Shown: piece by piece, positions 28,482 to 43,752 of the stretch
How the letters are laid out: each line of letters begins with the position of its first letter
How positions within the stretch are numbered: position 1 is the stretch's first letter
Assembly: GCA_012295275.1 (NCBI GenBank)
Contig: CM022674.1
Coordinates: 5,766,001 to 5,830,000 of the forward strand
DNA: 64,000 nt
Origin: Chrysomallon squamiferum
Taxonomy: Eukaryota; Animalia; Mollusca
Direction of reading: 5' to 3'
Position numbers and translations under genes: made by a program
Notes under the pieces: model-generated
The model's database searches: none
The model's input: the letters and a program-made list of their open reading frames with translations, nothing else
Told to the model about the DNA's origin: nothing

Positions 28482-29314
28482 TTTAGGAGAGAAAATAATC
28501 AGTAAATTTGATTTTGTTTAAAAATCAGTTTCTCTTCTAATTATATGTAAAATATGTAACTGGTATTTTAGTAACACTTGTTAACAATATTAACATATTT
28601 AAATATATTTTTATTAAAATTTCATTTTCATGCTGTATCAATAGGTGCTTGATTATATCTTTTTTGAAATAGTAATAATATTGTAAAAATCATTAACAAA
28701 ATTTAAAATAAAAACAAGTTTTGCTAGCAGTATATATTTTTCCTTAATTAATTAATTAATTTTGAGGGTGAATTTGAATTCCTTACAGTATAGTTTTAAA
28801 TTTAAAAGAAAAACTTAATGCATATGTTTACCATTTTAAACACACACACTTAGAAATTTGTTTCAAAATTTAGAATAAGGTAATATTTTATTCAAGGACT
28901 TTTGAAGATAAACTTTCATTTAAATTTTCAATTGCGACTAAAAATAAAACTTTTAATGATAGAACAAGATTTACATTGATAAATTACTTGTTTTTTTATA
29001 TATATAAAGCTCAAAGCTTTTTTGGTGTTTAATTGCTGGTTTAGATCATAACAGACCATTTTGAAATAAATTATTTAAGAAAATTTTGTTTTGATATAAA
29101 ATCCAATGCGACAATGAAATTGGTACTCATGAATCTGCTACTGTATCAGAACAGAGGGTTCAGAAATTAAAGTTAATTTAATTTATTGTATAATTTAGGA
29201 CTGCAGGATGAAAGAAATAACTGGTTACTGTCTCAAGATGTCAGATTTGTTCTACTCAGAATGAATTTCAAACTGAGGATAAAGTTGATATCTTAAAACA
29301 GAAACCTGTTATTC

Positions 29315-29357
<43 letters not shown>

Positions 29358-30549
29358 AAATAGTACTACTACTATTACCTAATAATAATAATAAAATTAT
29401 AATGATAATAAATATAATAATAATAATAAAATAATAATAATGATAGTAATAACTTCAATATTATTATAATAACAGAAATAACTATTAATAATAATAGAAA
29501 TAACAGTAGTAACAAATAATAATAATAATAATAACTAAATCAGGAAGTAATTAATAAATAATAGTAGAAATAAAAAGTAATTAATTTTTGAGATTTTTGT
29601 TTCTAAAGATAGCTAATGATATATCTCACGCTTGGCAGACATTTTGAATTATTTTTACATGTTTCACCTTTCATGCACTGAATAACCCTGCTTACAGCTT
29701 CTGCGTCATCATTCATCATGTGACAAACATGCACGAACATCGCATCTGCAACGACAACGATTGATCACCCCCCAAAAAAAAAAATAATTTAAAAAGACAA
29801 GAATCTGCATTGACCAGGTGGCCTGTTACCGTGGTGACTGATTGGGCAGGTAAGATATTTAAAACCCCTGTCCACTGTTCACACATTGCGGTAAACTGGT
29901 CAGCCTCATTCATTCAACAAGATGATGTCAAAAACGACAAAACAACAGCAAAACGAGATTTAAAAAAAAAAAAAAAAAAAAAAATGTAGAAGAAGAAGAA
30001 AAGAAAAAAAAATCATTCATCATTTCAAGTTACCTTGTGCCATACCTGTCTGCCTAATGCTACCCTGACCTGTTGCTATTGGATACCAATTAGCTTGGGA
30101 GTTAATAGGTTTTAAAACATGCTTTGTTGCGAAGAAAGACGCGAAATGAATCGTGCCTGCAGGACGAAAATAAAAATAGTTTCACCGGATAGTCGCAGAG
30201 ATCAAAGGGCAGTATTCATTTGCTCGTAACTTGTTAACTTTTGGCATTCATGAATAAATGAATAAAAGGTACAATGTTTTTTTTTCATTGCTTCTCTGTG
30301 TCTGTGTCTGTCTGTCTCTCTGTGTGTGTTTCCAGTTCTGTGAACTGTTTGTTCAGTTTATTTTTAGACTCGGGAATAAAAACGGAAATGAAATTGATTT
30401 GAAATGCTCATTCAGGTTTATGGCTCTAATTACGTGAAGTTGTTTATCGTTTGATCTTCTTAGCCTTAATAAAATAAAAAATAAAAGGTTTCTAGCACTG
30501 AGTTGTCAGGTTAAGCCAGTAAGCTTGTCGTAAAATCCCAGAGTTGTTT

Positions 30550-31310
30550 CTTTTAACGATTTTTTGGTAATGATAATATTAATATTGTAATACTTACGAT
30601 AAAATTAATAATAATCATACTTATGATAATATTAATATCAAAAAATTGTTTTGATAATATTAATAATTCATACTTTTTGATAATATTAATAATATAATAT
30701 TTTTTGATAATGTTAATAATATAACGATTTTTTGTTAATATTAATATTGTAATACTTACGATAAAATTAATAATAATCATAATTATGATAATATTAATAA
30801 TAAAAAATTGTTTTGATAATATTAATAATTCATACTTTTGGATAATATTAATAATATAATATGTTTTTGATAATGTTATTAATATAATATTTTTTTATAA
30901 TAATAATACTAATAAAAAAAATTTGATACTAATAATTAAACTTTTTGATAATATTGATAATATAATACTTATGATAATATTAATACTATAATACTTTTTG
31001 ATAATATTAACAATATAATACTTTTTGATAATATTAATAATATAAAAAAAATTCATAATATTAATAACATAATATTTTTTCATAATGATATATTTTTGAT
31101 AATAATAAAATAATACTTATGAGTATATTAATAATATATGTTTTGATAATAATAATGTAAAATATTTTGATAATAATACACACATGCCTTTACATATACA
31201 TATATGTGTGTGTATATATAATGCTTATCATAATATTAATTATATAATACTTTTAGATAATATTGATAATGTAATACTTTTTGATAATTTTTATTATAAT
31301 ACTTTCTAAA
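30550..31310. repeat. AT-rich minisatellite, ~25-bp unit, with a ~168-bp higher-order duplication
   Basis: TTTTGATAATATTAATAATATAAT repeats; 30553-30720 is duplicated at about 30721-30890. Confidence 0.85.
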
Positions 31311-32044
31311 AATAAAAAATAATGTTTTTAAAAAATAATAAACATTTTAAAGAATTGTTTTTAAATTTACTACATTATAAGCATTATAAAGCATAAAGTA
31401 ATAATAAATAAATAGTAAAGAAAGAAATCAAAACATGTTATAGAAATTTTTAAGGTTCAAGGAAATACAAGTAATTTAGGAACTGTGTGTATAGTATTCA
31501 CATGTCTACATATCTATATATACTATATTCATACACACACATACACATAATACTGCATATACAAATATATATGAATATACTTACATTTCTATACACACAT
31601 TCATAATACAGATACACAGACACATTCATTGATGTTTTACTGGCGTTATTATCATCATACCTGGCCTTTTATTAATAATGTTAATTAGTCATTAGTTAAT
31701 TATAAATACTGTAATTTTCTTAACTAAATTAGTCTGTGTGTATACTTTTACCAGATATCTGAGTTGTGTTGTATGTATAATTATGTGTTTGATTGCTTCC
31801 TGGAATAGTCTGAATAAAACCATCAACAACAGCAACAACAACAGCAACAACAGCAGCAATAGTAATAATAATTATAACAAAAACAACAAACACAATAATA
31901 ATAACAACAATGATAATGACAAAAAAAATAATAAAAATAACAACAACAACAACAATAATAATGACAATAATAGGAATATAATAATAATGATAGTGGGAAT
32001 ATAAAAACAATAATAACATCATAATAATAATAATAAAAAATCTA

Positions 32045-32570
32045 TAACATGAATCTAAACATTTGTATTATAAATGAACATCCATAATTTAAATCAAAAA
32101 TGTATAAAATATAAATGCAGATATTTATAATGTAAATCCAGACTTTTATAATGTAAATCTAAACACATGTAGTATGCAAATACATACATTTGTAACATAA
32201 ATGAAAACAGCTGTAACATAAAAGTAAACATCTGTAACAAGTGAATCTAAACATCTGTAATGTGGATCTACAAATCTGTAACATGCCTCTCAACATCTGC
32301 AGCTTGTGATTCTAAACATTTAATTCTAAACATCTGTCATATGAATCTAAATATCTAAATACTTCTAGGATATGTAATCTAAGAATCTGAAATATGAATC
32401 TAAAGATTTTTAACATATTTAAACATGTAACATGTTATTCTAATTAGCTGTACTAAATAAATCTAAACATGTAACATGTAAATCTAAATATTTGTAGTAA
32501 GTAAATCTAATTCTTTGAAATGAAATCTGGACATCTAATATGCAAATCTAAACATTTGTGAAATGTAATC
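32045..32570. repeat. Degenerate minisatellite, ~21-22 bp unit
   Basis: Recurring (G/T)AATCTAAACAT(C/T)TGTAA; followed by a 16-17 bp ACCATTTCAATCGTTAC array at about 32708-32880. Confidence 0.75.
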
Positions 32571-32635
32571 AAAACTGGTTTATTGTACAGAATTCTGGTC
32601 AAATGGAAATATTGCTGTGTCCATGATGGTCAGTC

Positions 32636-32712
32636 ATGGGCCACTCTTACAAATTAGCAGGAAGGATTTTATTTACATGCGACTTCCCATAAACAGGACA
32701 GCATAAATACCA
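32636..32712 (-). mobile_element. Degenerate SINE core fragment
   Basis: ATTAGCAGGAAGGATTTTATTTACATGC...CCCATAAACAGGACAGCATAAATACCA, clearly similar to 39868-39925. Confidence 0.5.
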
Positions 32713-33431
32713 TTTCAATCATTATACCATTTCAATCGTTACACCATTTCAGTCATTACACCATTTCAATCGTTACATCATTTCAGTAGTTTATGCCATT
32801 CCACTTGTTATATACTATTTATTACATTTTTTTCAGTAGTAAAACCATTTGTTAAACAATTTCAGTTATTAAACAGTTTATGAGGGAACAGGGTTTTAAC
32901 TATGAAACGGCTTGTCCTGAAGGGGAAATCAGTCTCAAAACCTCCAGCCTATAGAGGATAAATCTTGTAACCCACCTGTGTCTAAGATTCAGTCTTTGTT
33001 ACCTGTTAGACTGTTGTGATAACACCTGTACTGAGGGATCGACCAAAGATAATTAACAATTGATAATAATTAAACCACAGGACATGTCTCCAAAGTTCAG
33101 GCTATTTCTGGCTGCACTTTGAGTGTCGTTTCGGATCAGGGTGGCTCTCTGAGTATTGATTTACTGTCAGGGTTTGTTGGACCAAGCTGTCCAGTTCTGG
33201 ACAGGTCCATACTTGAGGTGGTGTGAGCAGTTTTTAAGCCAACATGCGACCCCATGCAATAAAAGGGACCGTATGTACGCCTGGTTTGAAGGTGCAGGGT
33301 TGGAATGAATGATGTGTGAAAAGTGTGTTTTTTTGTCTGAGATTATGTCACTGTGTACATCGTCTACTGCTGCTGCTACAAAAACAGATAAAATGAACAG
33401 TAAGACCTGTCCTTTGTAACCAGGCATTGTG

Positions 33432-33469
<38 letters not shown>

Positions 33470-33567
33470 TTTGTGTGTGTGTGTATGTGTGTGTGTGTGT
33501 GTGTGTGAATGTTTGTGTGTGTGTGTGTGAATGTGTGTGTGTGTGTGTGTGTGTGTGTATGAGTGTT

Positions 33568-33605
<38 letters not shown>

Positions 33606-33854
33606 AGTGTTTGTATATGTGTGTGTGTTCTGTATGACTGTTTAAGTTCTGAGACTGTATATGTAAATACATAATATGTATGTGTGTATGTCTATATATA
33701 TATATATGTATGTGTGTGTATGTGTATTAGTATGTGTATGTATATGTGTGTAAATGTGTGTGTGTATATATATATATGTACACACACAAAAACATAAATG
33801 AACAAGAAGACCTGTCCACACAGAAACACATATGCATTTCATACTGATGGTTGT

Positions 33855-34125
33855 TGTACCTGACAAATAAACCTAAATTATAAACAATAACTTGAGTGCA
33901 TATTTGTATATATACACTTATACATAAATACAATATCACTCATATTCTGTACCTGAAAAAAATTAACCTAAGTTACAAACAACTTAATAACTTGTTTGTA
34001 TGTGTGTGTGCATATATCTATATACATACACACTTATACATAAATACAATATCACCAGTATTCTGTACCTGAAAAAAAAATTAACCTAAGTTATAAACAA
34101 CTTAATAACGTGTGTGTGTGTGCAT

Positions 34126-34166
<41 letters not shown>

Positions 34167-34295
34167 TTATACATCACTACAATATCACCCATATTTTGTA
34201 CCTGAAAAAAATTTAACCTAAGTTATAAACAACTTAACAAAAAAAAAAAAACTTATACATAAAAACAATATCACCCATATTTTGAACCTGGTAAA
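33855..34295. repeat. Tandem repeat, ~100-130 bp unit, about 4 copies
   Basis: CTTATACATAAATACAATATCACC...TGTACCTGAAAAAAATTAACCTAAGTTATAAACAACTTAA repeated, with variable microsatellite linkers. Confidence 0.85.
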
Positions 34296-35598
34296 AAAAA
34301 AAAAAAAAAATAATAATAAAAAATTAAAAATTAAATAAAAATCAAGCCTATGAGTAACATGTCAATGAGGAAGTATTATCTGTTACTTTTAGTAGTTCTC
34401 AAGCTGTGATAATTTCCTCATGATGACATTAACTCACGGTAAATGAATGAAGCTGAAGTCACCACACCCACACATGCATATTTCATTTACACGCACACCC
34501 ATCATTTTTAACATGCAAAACAAAAAATATGTCATCAACCTGCAGTGAACAGTCAGACGTTCGGACACATTTAATGGTTACTTGGGAGTGGGTAATGGTG
34601 GTTGGTGGGGGGGATGGGAGAATAAATTTTAATAAATATTTGTTTAATGAATATCCGTTTTACAGTAAAGAGTTTTGTTAAATTTTTGTGGTTTAATAGT
34701 GGGGGGAAAAAAAAAAAGGTGTGATTTTAAGCTGTTTGTGAGTTTTGGAACAGTGGTTGGAATGGGGTATAATTCCAGTGAGGTCGCTGATGAGAATTGA
34801 TCCTGCAGTTTATCAGATTAGTGTTTTAGAAGAAAGTCATAATTTGAAAAATATATTAATTTTTTTTTCTAGACCTACATGTATAGATGTTTGTATTTGT
34901 AGGTAGATATAGAATGTGAGTGTATGTCTGTCTGTACATTTAAATGATTGTGCATATAAATGTGAATGTATGTTTCTATATCCGTGTTTGTGTATATATG
35001 TATATGTATGAGTTATACGAGTATAATAATACATGTATGCATGTGTGTGTAAGGGATATATCCTAAATATATAAATTTGTGTGTGCATTTGTGAATGTGT
35101 ACTTGGCTATTTTTATATATGAATGTGTGTGTGTGTGTGTATGTGTGTATATGCTTATCTACTTGCATATGTACAAATATGTGTACATGTATATGTATGT
35201 TTGTGTGTACATGTGTTTATTTGTTATATATACAAATGTGTGTGTGTGTGTGTGTGTGTGTTTGTTTGTGTGTGTGTGTGTGTGTGTGTGCATTTGTGTA
35301 TATATATATATATAAATGTGGGTGTGTGCATATGTATCCTATAAGTCACTGTACCTGAAAGGGTGTGGTACACTAACAACCTTCCAAAGTAATTTCTATC
35401 ACAATTGAAAAATTAAAGATTATTTCTGAACATCAGCATCCACCCAACCAGTCATAAACTGCATACACCCACAGCCCACTCAAACTCCATTTCATTGTAT
35501 TTTTTCTTTTTTTTCTTCACCTTTTAAATATCACAATAGCCACTGGGTGTGACACCTTTCTCTATTTTTTTTTCTGTTTTTAAAAGATAAACTGGAGT

Positions 35599-35629
<31 letters not shown>

Positions 35630-37006
35630 TTTAAAGATGATTTTTGCATATTAGTATACCCACCCTTCCAAATACGCATCAAATAAATCTGTGACATTGT
35701 AAATGTTCAGTGAGTTATAAAGATTGTCTCTCTGTTCAGTTTGGAGGACATAATATAAATGAATAATTATCCACCTGGGATAATTAATTATTCTTTTTCT
35801 TTTTTTTTACCGTATTTCCTATTTTGATTTAGTTATTTAGTTATTTTTGTAAAAGATTATTTTTTAATGATTAAAAATATATAAAATTTTAGGAAACTGG
35901 TTAACTTATTGTAGACTAGTAATTTAGTACTATAATACCAAATAAGTAGGAGTTAATAAGAACAACAACAAGAAGAAGAGTAGTTGTTGTTGTGGTAACA
36001 GCAAAGTTATTATTAATGATAACCATGTTTTTACTAAAATTATTATAAACTAAAATATGTTAATAATAACAGTAAGTTATTTCAACAATAACCAAATAAA
36101 ATTAATTATAACAATATTAAAAATAATAATAATAATAGAAGAATAAAAAGAAGGATGATAATCAATCAATTCAATAAAACAACAACAGAAATAATAATAC
36201 AAAAAATTATAATAATTAAAACTAAAGTTTAAATCAAAGGTCCTCAACAATATTTTTAATAATAATGTAGAATAAAACACATGATTTCTTCATCTAAAAA
36301 CAACAACAACTCTGCAACATCTCCCTTTCTCCCAATAATAATTTTTTCTGTGTCCCTTATATCATTTAAAACATTCATCCTTCATTCTACCTGTCTCCCT
36401 TTCTTTCATTTTTTTTTCTGTGTCCCTTTTCTTCATCCCTCCCTCCCTCCCTCCCTCACTTTGTTCATTTCCTACATCCTCTTTTTGTACCAATGATAAT
36501 TCAGTGCTTCTGACTGTACGAGACATTTTGGCAGCACCAGTCACACAGAATATTGTTAACAGCTATTACCGGTTGGTTTGAGCGTCTCTCTATTGGCAGG
36601 TTGCCAAGATAAAGTTCCTTGCTTATTGATTGGTCAGCTTGGGATAGATAGAGCCAGATTTGAAAAACTATAAATTTTTCCCCATTGTTTCGTATCAAGC
36701 CAGTGTAGAAAGTTATTTTTAGATAATTCTATTTTTAATCAGTTTTCTTTTAGAAAGATAAAAAAAAAAAAAAAAAAAATTGAAAAGAAGATTTTTCTTG
36801 AGATAAAATAAAAGTATTATATTTTCTACTTTTTTTTTTTTTTTTTTTTTTTTTTGTAAATATCACAGTGATTCAGCAGATTTTTTTTTTTTTTTTTTTT
36901 TCGTTTCATTTCAGTTATCCTCGTAGGCAACAGCTGGTTGAGTGAAAACAAATTTTTGTCATTTTCAGATCGATTGAAAATAACTAACACAGTTTATCTC
37001 TGTCCA

Positions 37007-37020
37007 GTTTCTATGGCAAC
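37007..37020. promoter_or_regulatory. RFX X-box motif
   Basis: GTTTCTATGGCAAC, matches the GTHNYY-AT-RRNAAC consensus. Confidence 0.5.
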
Positions 37021-37798
37021 AGCTTTGTATAAACAGTAATCTGATTTAATAGTTTAATTAAAAATATATAATCAGTTCAAAAACATTTTTGTTGTTGTCG
37101 TTGAATGTTTATTGTGAAGGAATAAATATACAGATAAGTAAATAAATAGGTGAACATAAATATAGAAATAAATAAATAAATAAGTAAATAATTAGATCAA
37201 TAAATAAATAAAGAAAGAAGTTATAAATAGTTATGTAAAATACAGAAATAAATAAGGAAATAAATAAATAAATAAATAAATAAATAAAGATTTAATTAAA
37301 TAAATAAATAAATACATAATTATGTGTATGTAAAAAATAGTTATAATACTAAATTGTACTTTAAGTTTTTGAAGCCTAAGTATTTTCAACATATATATAT
37401 GTGTGTGTGTGTGTGGGTGTATGTGTAATTTTAAATTAAATACTTCTTTATATATATTTTTGTCAACAATAAACATATTTACCTGAAACGTTTATGAAAA
37501 TTACAACAATTCTCTTGTTGTTTGTTGCTAAACAATGAATTTCTTGCTGCTTTTTTTTGCTTTTTTTAATTTTATTATTATTATTATTTTTATTTATTTT
37601 TTTGTTGTTGTCTGATGACAACAAGATACAGTATTCTGCTTTGTTTGTGACATATTGTGTAGGAATGTGTGTCATACACAATAATTTCAGTTTGTATTCT
37701 TGTTGTTGGGAGACACTTGGGGAGGATGTCTTGAATGGGATAGAATGAAAGAGCTGCATGTGACTGCATGTGTGTGTGTGTCACTTCTTCAGATGGTT

Positions 37799-37830
<32 letters not shown>

Positions 37831-38314
37831 CATATATGTGTGTTTATATAATGTATGTATGTATATATATCTATGTATGTATGTATGTATGTATGTATGT
37901 ATATATGTATGTATGTATGTATGTATAAGTGTGAATATATATATATATATATGTTGCATGTATCCATTAATATTTAAGTGTGGGAATGTATATTTGGTTA
38001 TGCATAAAACTGTGTGTGTGTGTGTGTGTAAGTATATCAATATGTATATGTATGATATGTGTATATATATACACACACTTCCAATGTGCTCACTATCTGT
38101 GTCAAAATTAATCAAATATCTTTGCAAGTTAAAACTCCAGCGCACAGACATCCATTAAAATAATTATTACGAATTCAGACTCCACCCCTTTTAGTTTTTT
38201 TTTAAATCTACCCCACCCTGGAAACTCGACCGGATTTGTTCCTACGTTTGTCCTACACACAAAGATGGATGAGCTGGTTAAAATGTCGCAGGCGATCTGC
38301 ATGACTGCAGCTCA

Positions 38315-38328
38315 GTTACCGTGACAAC
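38315..38328. promoter_or_regulatory. RFX X-box-like motif
   Basis: GTTACCGTGACAAC inside a small CpG-containing non-repetitive island. Confidence 0.45.
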
Positions 38329-38705
38329 GCATTATCTGAGGCTTTTTATGTATCTTGTATCTGAGCATGTTTCAGTGGCCATACAAGGAGGAGGAGGAGG
38401 TGGGAGGGGGGGGAGATCATTAATGATAATATATATAAAAAAAACAAAAAAGAAGAAGATTGCATCAAATCCATAGAGCTCGAATTTTTTGTTCAAAAAG
38501 AAAAAGAAAATTTCTATATAAAAATTACTGTACTTAGAAATCATTTTTGAAAAAAGGGAAAGATAATGAGGTATGTATATATATATATATGTATATATTA
38601 TATATGTATGTATTAAACGACATCCCTGAAGGTACTGTGCAAAGTAAACCAGGTATTTTGGGTGTGCCAGTTAGTTTACACATTTCAATATTAAAAAGAT
38701 TTTTG

Positions 38706-38744
<39 letters not shown>

Positions 38745-38874
38745 AGAGTGACATGACAGGTTGTAATTAAAAATAAATAGAGCATGTTTGTATTCATGGA
38801 CAATCCAAGTGTCTCGTGAGATGTGAAAGGAAGAAGTGGGTGGTGAAAAGAGAGAGTAAGAAAACCAAAATTAT

Positions 38875-38889
38875 ATATATCTATCTATC

Positions 38890-38947
<58 letters not shown>

Positions 38948-39335
38948 GAAAGAGAGACAGAGAGAGAGACATAGAGAGACAGAGATATAGAGACAGAGAG
39001 AGAGATAGAGACAGAGAGAGAGAGAGACAGATAGAGACAGAGAGAGAGAGTCAGAGGGAGACAGAGAGAGAGACAGAGTCAGAGATAGACAGACAGAGAG
39101 AGACAGAGACAGAGAAAGAGGAGAGAGAGAGAGAGATAGAGAGTCAGAGAGAGAGAAAGAAAGAAGAGACAGAGAGAGAGTCAGAGAGTTAGAGTCAGAT
39201 AGAGAAAGAAAGATAGAGAGAGTCAGAGAGAGAGAGAGAGAAAGATAGAGACAGAGAGAGAGAAAGAAAAGGCAGAGAGAGAGAAAGATAGAGACAGAGA
39301 GAGAGAGACAGGCAGAGAGAGAGAGAGACACACAG
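38875..39335. repeat. (TA)n plus compound (GA)n tract
   Basis: About 430 bp of purine-rich GAGA/GACA/GATA repeats. Confidence 0.9.
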
Positions 39336-39850
39336 AAGTAGAAAGTAAGTGTAACACAAGCCAAACCCAGTAAGTAAATAGTTTTAATCCGGTTCGGTTG
39401 TTTGTTCGTCACTTCACCATCAGCCGGGAAAATAACTAATTATATTTAAATGAAGTGGAAACTTTAATACATTCAATACTGATGACACATCTGGATTTTT
39501 TTTTTTTTTTTTTTTTTTTATTTAAATATAGGTGTTCTTTTACTGACATAATTGTTTGAGCATGTGCACAAATGTAAGAAATTTTAATTTTTTTTTTTTA
39601 AATTAATCATGGTATTTAACCTTTGTTTTTTGTATCAATTATATCAGACTTCAGTATGACCTGCAAACACTTCTGTCTACTTATTATATATTAACTGATT
39701 AATTATTGCTTGCTATTTACATATTTTGTGTATAAATATCTGTACTGAATATAATTGTTCATGTTTGAATGTTTGTTAGTAACAGCAAATCAATGTTTTT
39801 TTTAAATTCTATGTTGATGACAGAAATAAAAATAATGCTACTGTTATTCA

Positions 39851-39965
39851 AGGGACTACGTTTATTGATTAGCAGAAAGGGACTTTTAATATACACCTAC
39901 TCATAGGCAGGACAGCATATATCATAAATTTTAATAATTCAGTTCTGGGGTAACCTGGTTTGAAT
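39851..39965 (-). mobile_element. Degenerate SINE core fragment
   Basis: GATTAGCAGAAAGGGACTTTTAATATACACC...CATAGGCAGGACAGCATATATCA, same family as 32636-32712. Confidence 0.5.
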
Positions 39966-40074
39966 GTGATATAAAATTCTAACTACTGAGCTACAGCTAA
40001 TAGGAACTGATACAGTATTGTACATATCACTGCTTCAGAATATAATAAATTATAAGGAAAGTTTTTAATAATTT

Positions 40075-40131
<57 letters not shown>

Positions 40132-41128
40132 ACACACACACACACACACACACACATAGACTCACATTTTATTTCTCTCTATCTCTTCCTCTCTTTCTCT
40201 TTATATATAAGTATAAAACATACAGCTTTTAACAGATTACAGTTTAATAACAATCCTGTATATATTTTATATTAATTGATTAATTATTGCTTGCTATTTA
40301 CATATTTTATGTATTAATCTTACACATTCTGTACTGAATGTAATTATTCTTGTTTCAGTGTATTGTTATTAAACTGTAATATGTTAAAAGCTGTATTGCC
40401 CATATATATGTATAGAATATATATATATATGCTTGTATACAGACAGATGGCTTTTAATATATTGCTGCTTAATAAATACTGTTCAGTTTTCATTCACAGC
40501 TGTCTGTGTAATACAGATTTTTAATATATTGCTGAATAGTGTGACACTGCTGTTCAGTTGTACTACTGTGTGTATACAAATGTTTTTTACATGGAGTAGA
40601 AAATCATACGAATCTCATATCTCACATAATAACTGTGTATCGCACATATATACTGTGTCTGTTTTGTTCGGGTCTCATGCCACACATAATATTTCTGTTG
40701 TGTGTTTATGGTAATTTGACAAATCCTATTGTTAATGTTTTAGTTCATGACACATATGGACCCAGGAAGTTTTTTTTTTTTTTTTTTTTTTTTTTCATTA
40801 TTAATAAGATTTTTGAATTATCATAAAAGTATTATTGATATGGTTTATGTGTGTGAGTTTGTTTTTTAGGTTATTGTTTGATGGGGTTTAATGGGGGATT
40901 TGTATGGGACTTTTTTTTTTTATTTTTTTATTTTTTATAAATGGCAATATTGTTAAGGAAAGGGATATGTCTCCTGTTTCCGAATTTTCATTTTATTCAT
41001 TGCACTTGTTCTAGTATTTACACATAAAGAACTTTGAAATCTGTTTAGAAAAAGAAATTTAATTGCTATTAAAAGTAAATGAGCTGTCATACATTTATTG
41101 TGTTGTTTTATTTTGTTTTTTTTATTTT

Positions 41129-41173
<45 letters not shown>

Positions 41174-42537
41174 TTACATATACATATATATATTAGCACC
41201 ATGATTTCCTATTTGTTTTTTGATTTATAATGCAGATTTGTAATCTAAATTTCTTCTTCTTCAAGAATTTATAACATCACTTGTATTGTATATTATCAGT
41301 GATTAAAGAAAGAAAGAAAAGAGAAAAGAAAAGAAGGAAGAATGTGTAAAGAAAAGAAAAATGGAACAACTAAGAAAAAGAAAAGAAAGAAGAAAATAGA
41401 AAGAAACAAACAAACGTAGAAAATGAAATTTTGTTTGGAAAGAATGAAAGAAAGGAAATGTAGAAAAGACAAAGAAGAAAAAAAGAGAGAAAAAGTAAAA
41501 GAAAAAAAAATAAGAAAAAAAAAATAAAGAAAACAGAAAATACAAAGAAAGAAAAACACATAAAAAAAAAAAAAAACAGAAAGAAAAAAAAAATTAACCT
41601 TCCGTTCAAGAAACAAACTGCAATAAAACTTTTAAAACCTGAAAACATGTCAACAACTACCAGTGCAGAAATAAAATAAAAATAAAATATAAACAAACAG
41701 TGAAACAAGTAACAACATTAGCAACAACAGCAACAATAAAACCTAACAGTTAAATGTCCAAAACGTAACAGACAACAGTAATAAAAGAAAAGCACAATAA
41801 GAAAAGAATTTTTAAATTTTGTAAATTTTTTTAAAACTTTTTTTTTTCCAGATATCACATGAATCAGCACATTTTTGTTGGTTAACCAGATTAAACCCAC
41901 TTGAATGACCACAAACAAAACCGTACTCTGTTTTCAAAACTGTTTAGTGGCCGAAATTTATTGTCTGTGGTAAATATGAATCTGTATTACATAGATTATA
42001 ACATACAACAAATATCTCACATGCCAGTTATTTTATCATTGTATTTTCATACATGCTGGAAATGTTCTACTGCTTGTAACGTCTCTATTCAATGTGCATT
42101 CCAAGTTTTGACCTGAACACAACCATCTTTTTGATTCTTGATTTGAAAAGACTTAGATTATTTAGATTATTCAGGGTGGGTGGGTGAGAGAGGAAGGGGG
42201 TGGTCACACGGTGACTATTCAATGCAAGCTGCTACACTCAGGAATTTGTGGTTTTTACTGGACGATACTGTTGTATGCGTTGATCCTTTGTGCCCCCTCT
42301 GAAGTTGTTACTTTGTTTACTTTGAATTTATCTCAGTGTCCCTGCGCAGACTTGCCTCTGGTCCTTTGTCGAGGAAGTGTTGTCAGTGCTAGAACACAAT
42401 GTAGTGTTCGTGGGCTAAAGCTGGAACGGGAAATAAATGGTTTTATCTGTATTTCTCTATTTCTATGTTTGTCTATCATTCTTCTCTCTTTTTCTGTTCT
42501 CTCTTCTGTTGTTTTATTCTTTTGTTTTATATGTTTG

Positions 42538-42572
<35 letters not shown>

Positions 42573-43006
42573 ATGTGTTTATGACAGTGTGGATAACATT
42601 ACTATTGTTAGTACAGAGCTTTATTATTATTATTATTTTGAATTTTATTAATAGCAGAAAAAAAGAGACAGAGACACACACACACATGTATATACAAACA
42701 TACAAACACACAAGCAACAACACACTATAATAATAATATATACAAAAATAATAACAATAATAAAATAATAATAATAACAATAATAATATAATAATTTCAA
42801 CAACAATAAAATAATAATAATAATAAAATAATAATAATAAAATAATAATAACAACAATAATAGTAATAATAATAATAACAACTATAAAATAATAATAATA
42901 GTAATAATAACAACAACAATAATAGTAATAATAATATAACAACTATAAAATAATAGTAATAATAATAATAATAATAAAAAACAACAACAACAACAACAAC
43001 AACAAC

Positions 43007-43074
<68 letters not shown>

Positions 43075-43332
43075 CAACAACAATAATAGTAAGTAATAAT
43101 AATAATAGTAGTAAAACAACAGCAGTATTTTAAAATTTTCGTGACAGTCTAGTGACTTTTTTTGGTGGATGTTGTAGAAGACTGGACTGCTGTGTTGACA
43201 CACCCACTTTGTGTGTGGGTGAGGCCAGTGGGTGCTCGGAACAGTTTCTTCGTTTAATGAGTTCGTCTCTTTGTGTTGATCAGGTGTTAAGACAGAAAAC
43301 AAACATATCAGAGTTAAATGTACCCACCAGTT

Positions 43333-43752
<420 letters not shown>

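Noticed and set aside
33167-33436. Minus-strand 89-aa ORF with a signal-peptide-like start (VLLFILSVFVAAA)
   Set aside because: Starts at the edge of a (CA)n tract, with no recognisable domain, cleavage-site pattern or splice support.
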